From: Callorhinchus milii
Taxonomy: Eukaryota
Direction of reading: 5' to 3'
DNA: 64,000 nucleotides
Assembly (NCBI RefSeq): GCF_018977255.1
Contig: NW_024704743.1
Location: forward strand, 27,468,001-27,532,000
How positions within the stretch are numbered: the first letter of the stretch is position 1; each line of letters begins with the position of its first letter. The position numbers were made by a program, and so were the translations under genes. Positions 63,051 to 64,000 of this stretch are shown here, piece after piece. The notes under the pieces were generated by a model. That model did no database searches, was not told the origin of the DNA, and was given only the letters and a program-made list of their open reading frames with translations.

Positions 63051-63772
63051 ATTTCAGGGTATTTTGATAGAATATCGAATAAAAGAGAGTAATGTGCCTT
63101 TCACCAATTAGATTTGTTGATTACTTTGCCCATAATTTTAGGGCAAATCAAGATACATTTACTTGACTGAAAACTTTAGGATTGTTTTGACAGAAACTGG
63201 TTTTAACTGTATTGATTTGAACTGCCCCTTAATAAATGGCCTTGAGCTGAGTGAATACAATTTCAAGATTTCTCCAGGTTTCTTGGCTTTGGTCTGAGAA
63301 GTTAACTTATCTTACTCGGGCACCACAATCAAGAGACCTACTAATATCACTATGGATTTAGATATATTGACTTGTTTTGTCCAACTTAAGATACTTCCCA
63401 GACATCAGCTATAATCTGGGAATCTATATCATCTATATCAGTAAACAGGACATCTTTCAGAAGATTGCCACAGTCAGTTATGGATTCACCTCCCCCCCCA
63501 CCCCCCCCACTTTATATAATATAGTTGTAATTCTGATAGAGTATATCGTAGTCTATCAAATAACCTTTGCATTTAATATAGCGTTTACTATGTCTTTGAA
63601 ATGTCTCAAAGCACTTCACAGGATTTACTTTGACATCTACCTGAACAGGCAGAAAGACAAGACCTTGGGTTAGTGTTTCATCAAAGAACATCAACCTTGA
63701 TAATGCAGCACTCCACCAGCATCACACTGGAGTGTCAACCTTGACTGTGAATTGGTGAATTCACAATCTTTT

Positions 63773-64000
63773 GGAGTCCTGTATCTCAGTGGTTAGAGCA
63801 CTCGCCTCACAAATGAGAGACCTGGGTTCGATTCCTGGTAGAGAGAAATGGTGGGCAAGTTTCCTTACTCCACACACCTTGTTTACCTAGCAGTAAATAG
63901 GAACTCGGTTGTTAGACAATTGGTGGATCGCTTTTCTGGGGGTAATAATTCCTTAAAAAAATAATAAATTGGACACTTCAATCCATGATTATTTGTGGGA
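63773..64000 (+). mobile_element. tRNA-derived SINE variant with an extra ~64-bp internal block (runs off window)
   Basis: Same head as the family, then ttgtttacctagcagtaaataggaactcggttgttagacaattggtggatcgcttttctggggg before the usual taataat.cc body. Confidence 0.88.

Overview
Repeat-rich, AT-rich eukaryotic (vertebrate) genomic DNA, most likely from a cartilaginous fish (inferred from a dogfish-like spermatid protein gene and shark/chimaera-type repeats). No intact host protein-coding gene or convincing exon chain was found; most ORFs in the track are repeat-derived or chance ORFs. The window is dominated by retroposons: L2 LINE fragments (one young copy with an almost intact RT frame at 18.6-20.1 kb), CR1 fragments, about 20 copies of a young tRNA(Ala)-headed SINE with an L2-like tail, older Deu-domain SINEs, and Penelope-like remnants, one with a minimal hammerhead ribozyme motif. 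The standout non-repeat signal is at 38.6-38.9 kb (minus strand): a doubly frameshifted, CpG-decayed, intronless homologue of dogfish spermatid-specific basic nuclear protein S1. It keeps CCAAT/TATA-like and AATAAA signals and is bracketed by ~110-bp direct repeats, resembling an orphon from a tandem gene array. Other oddities: a twin-priming-like inverted L2, a SINE copy with an extra Meta-like core, a templated 22-bp inverted insertion, and several TGACA-rich repeat-free blocks that may be enhancers. Family assignments come from recalled consensus motifs, not database searches, and repeat boundaries are approximate.
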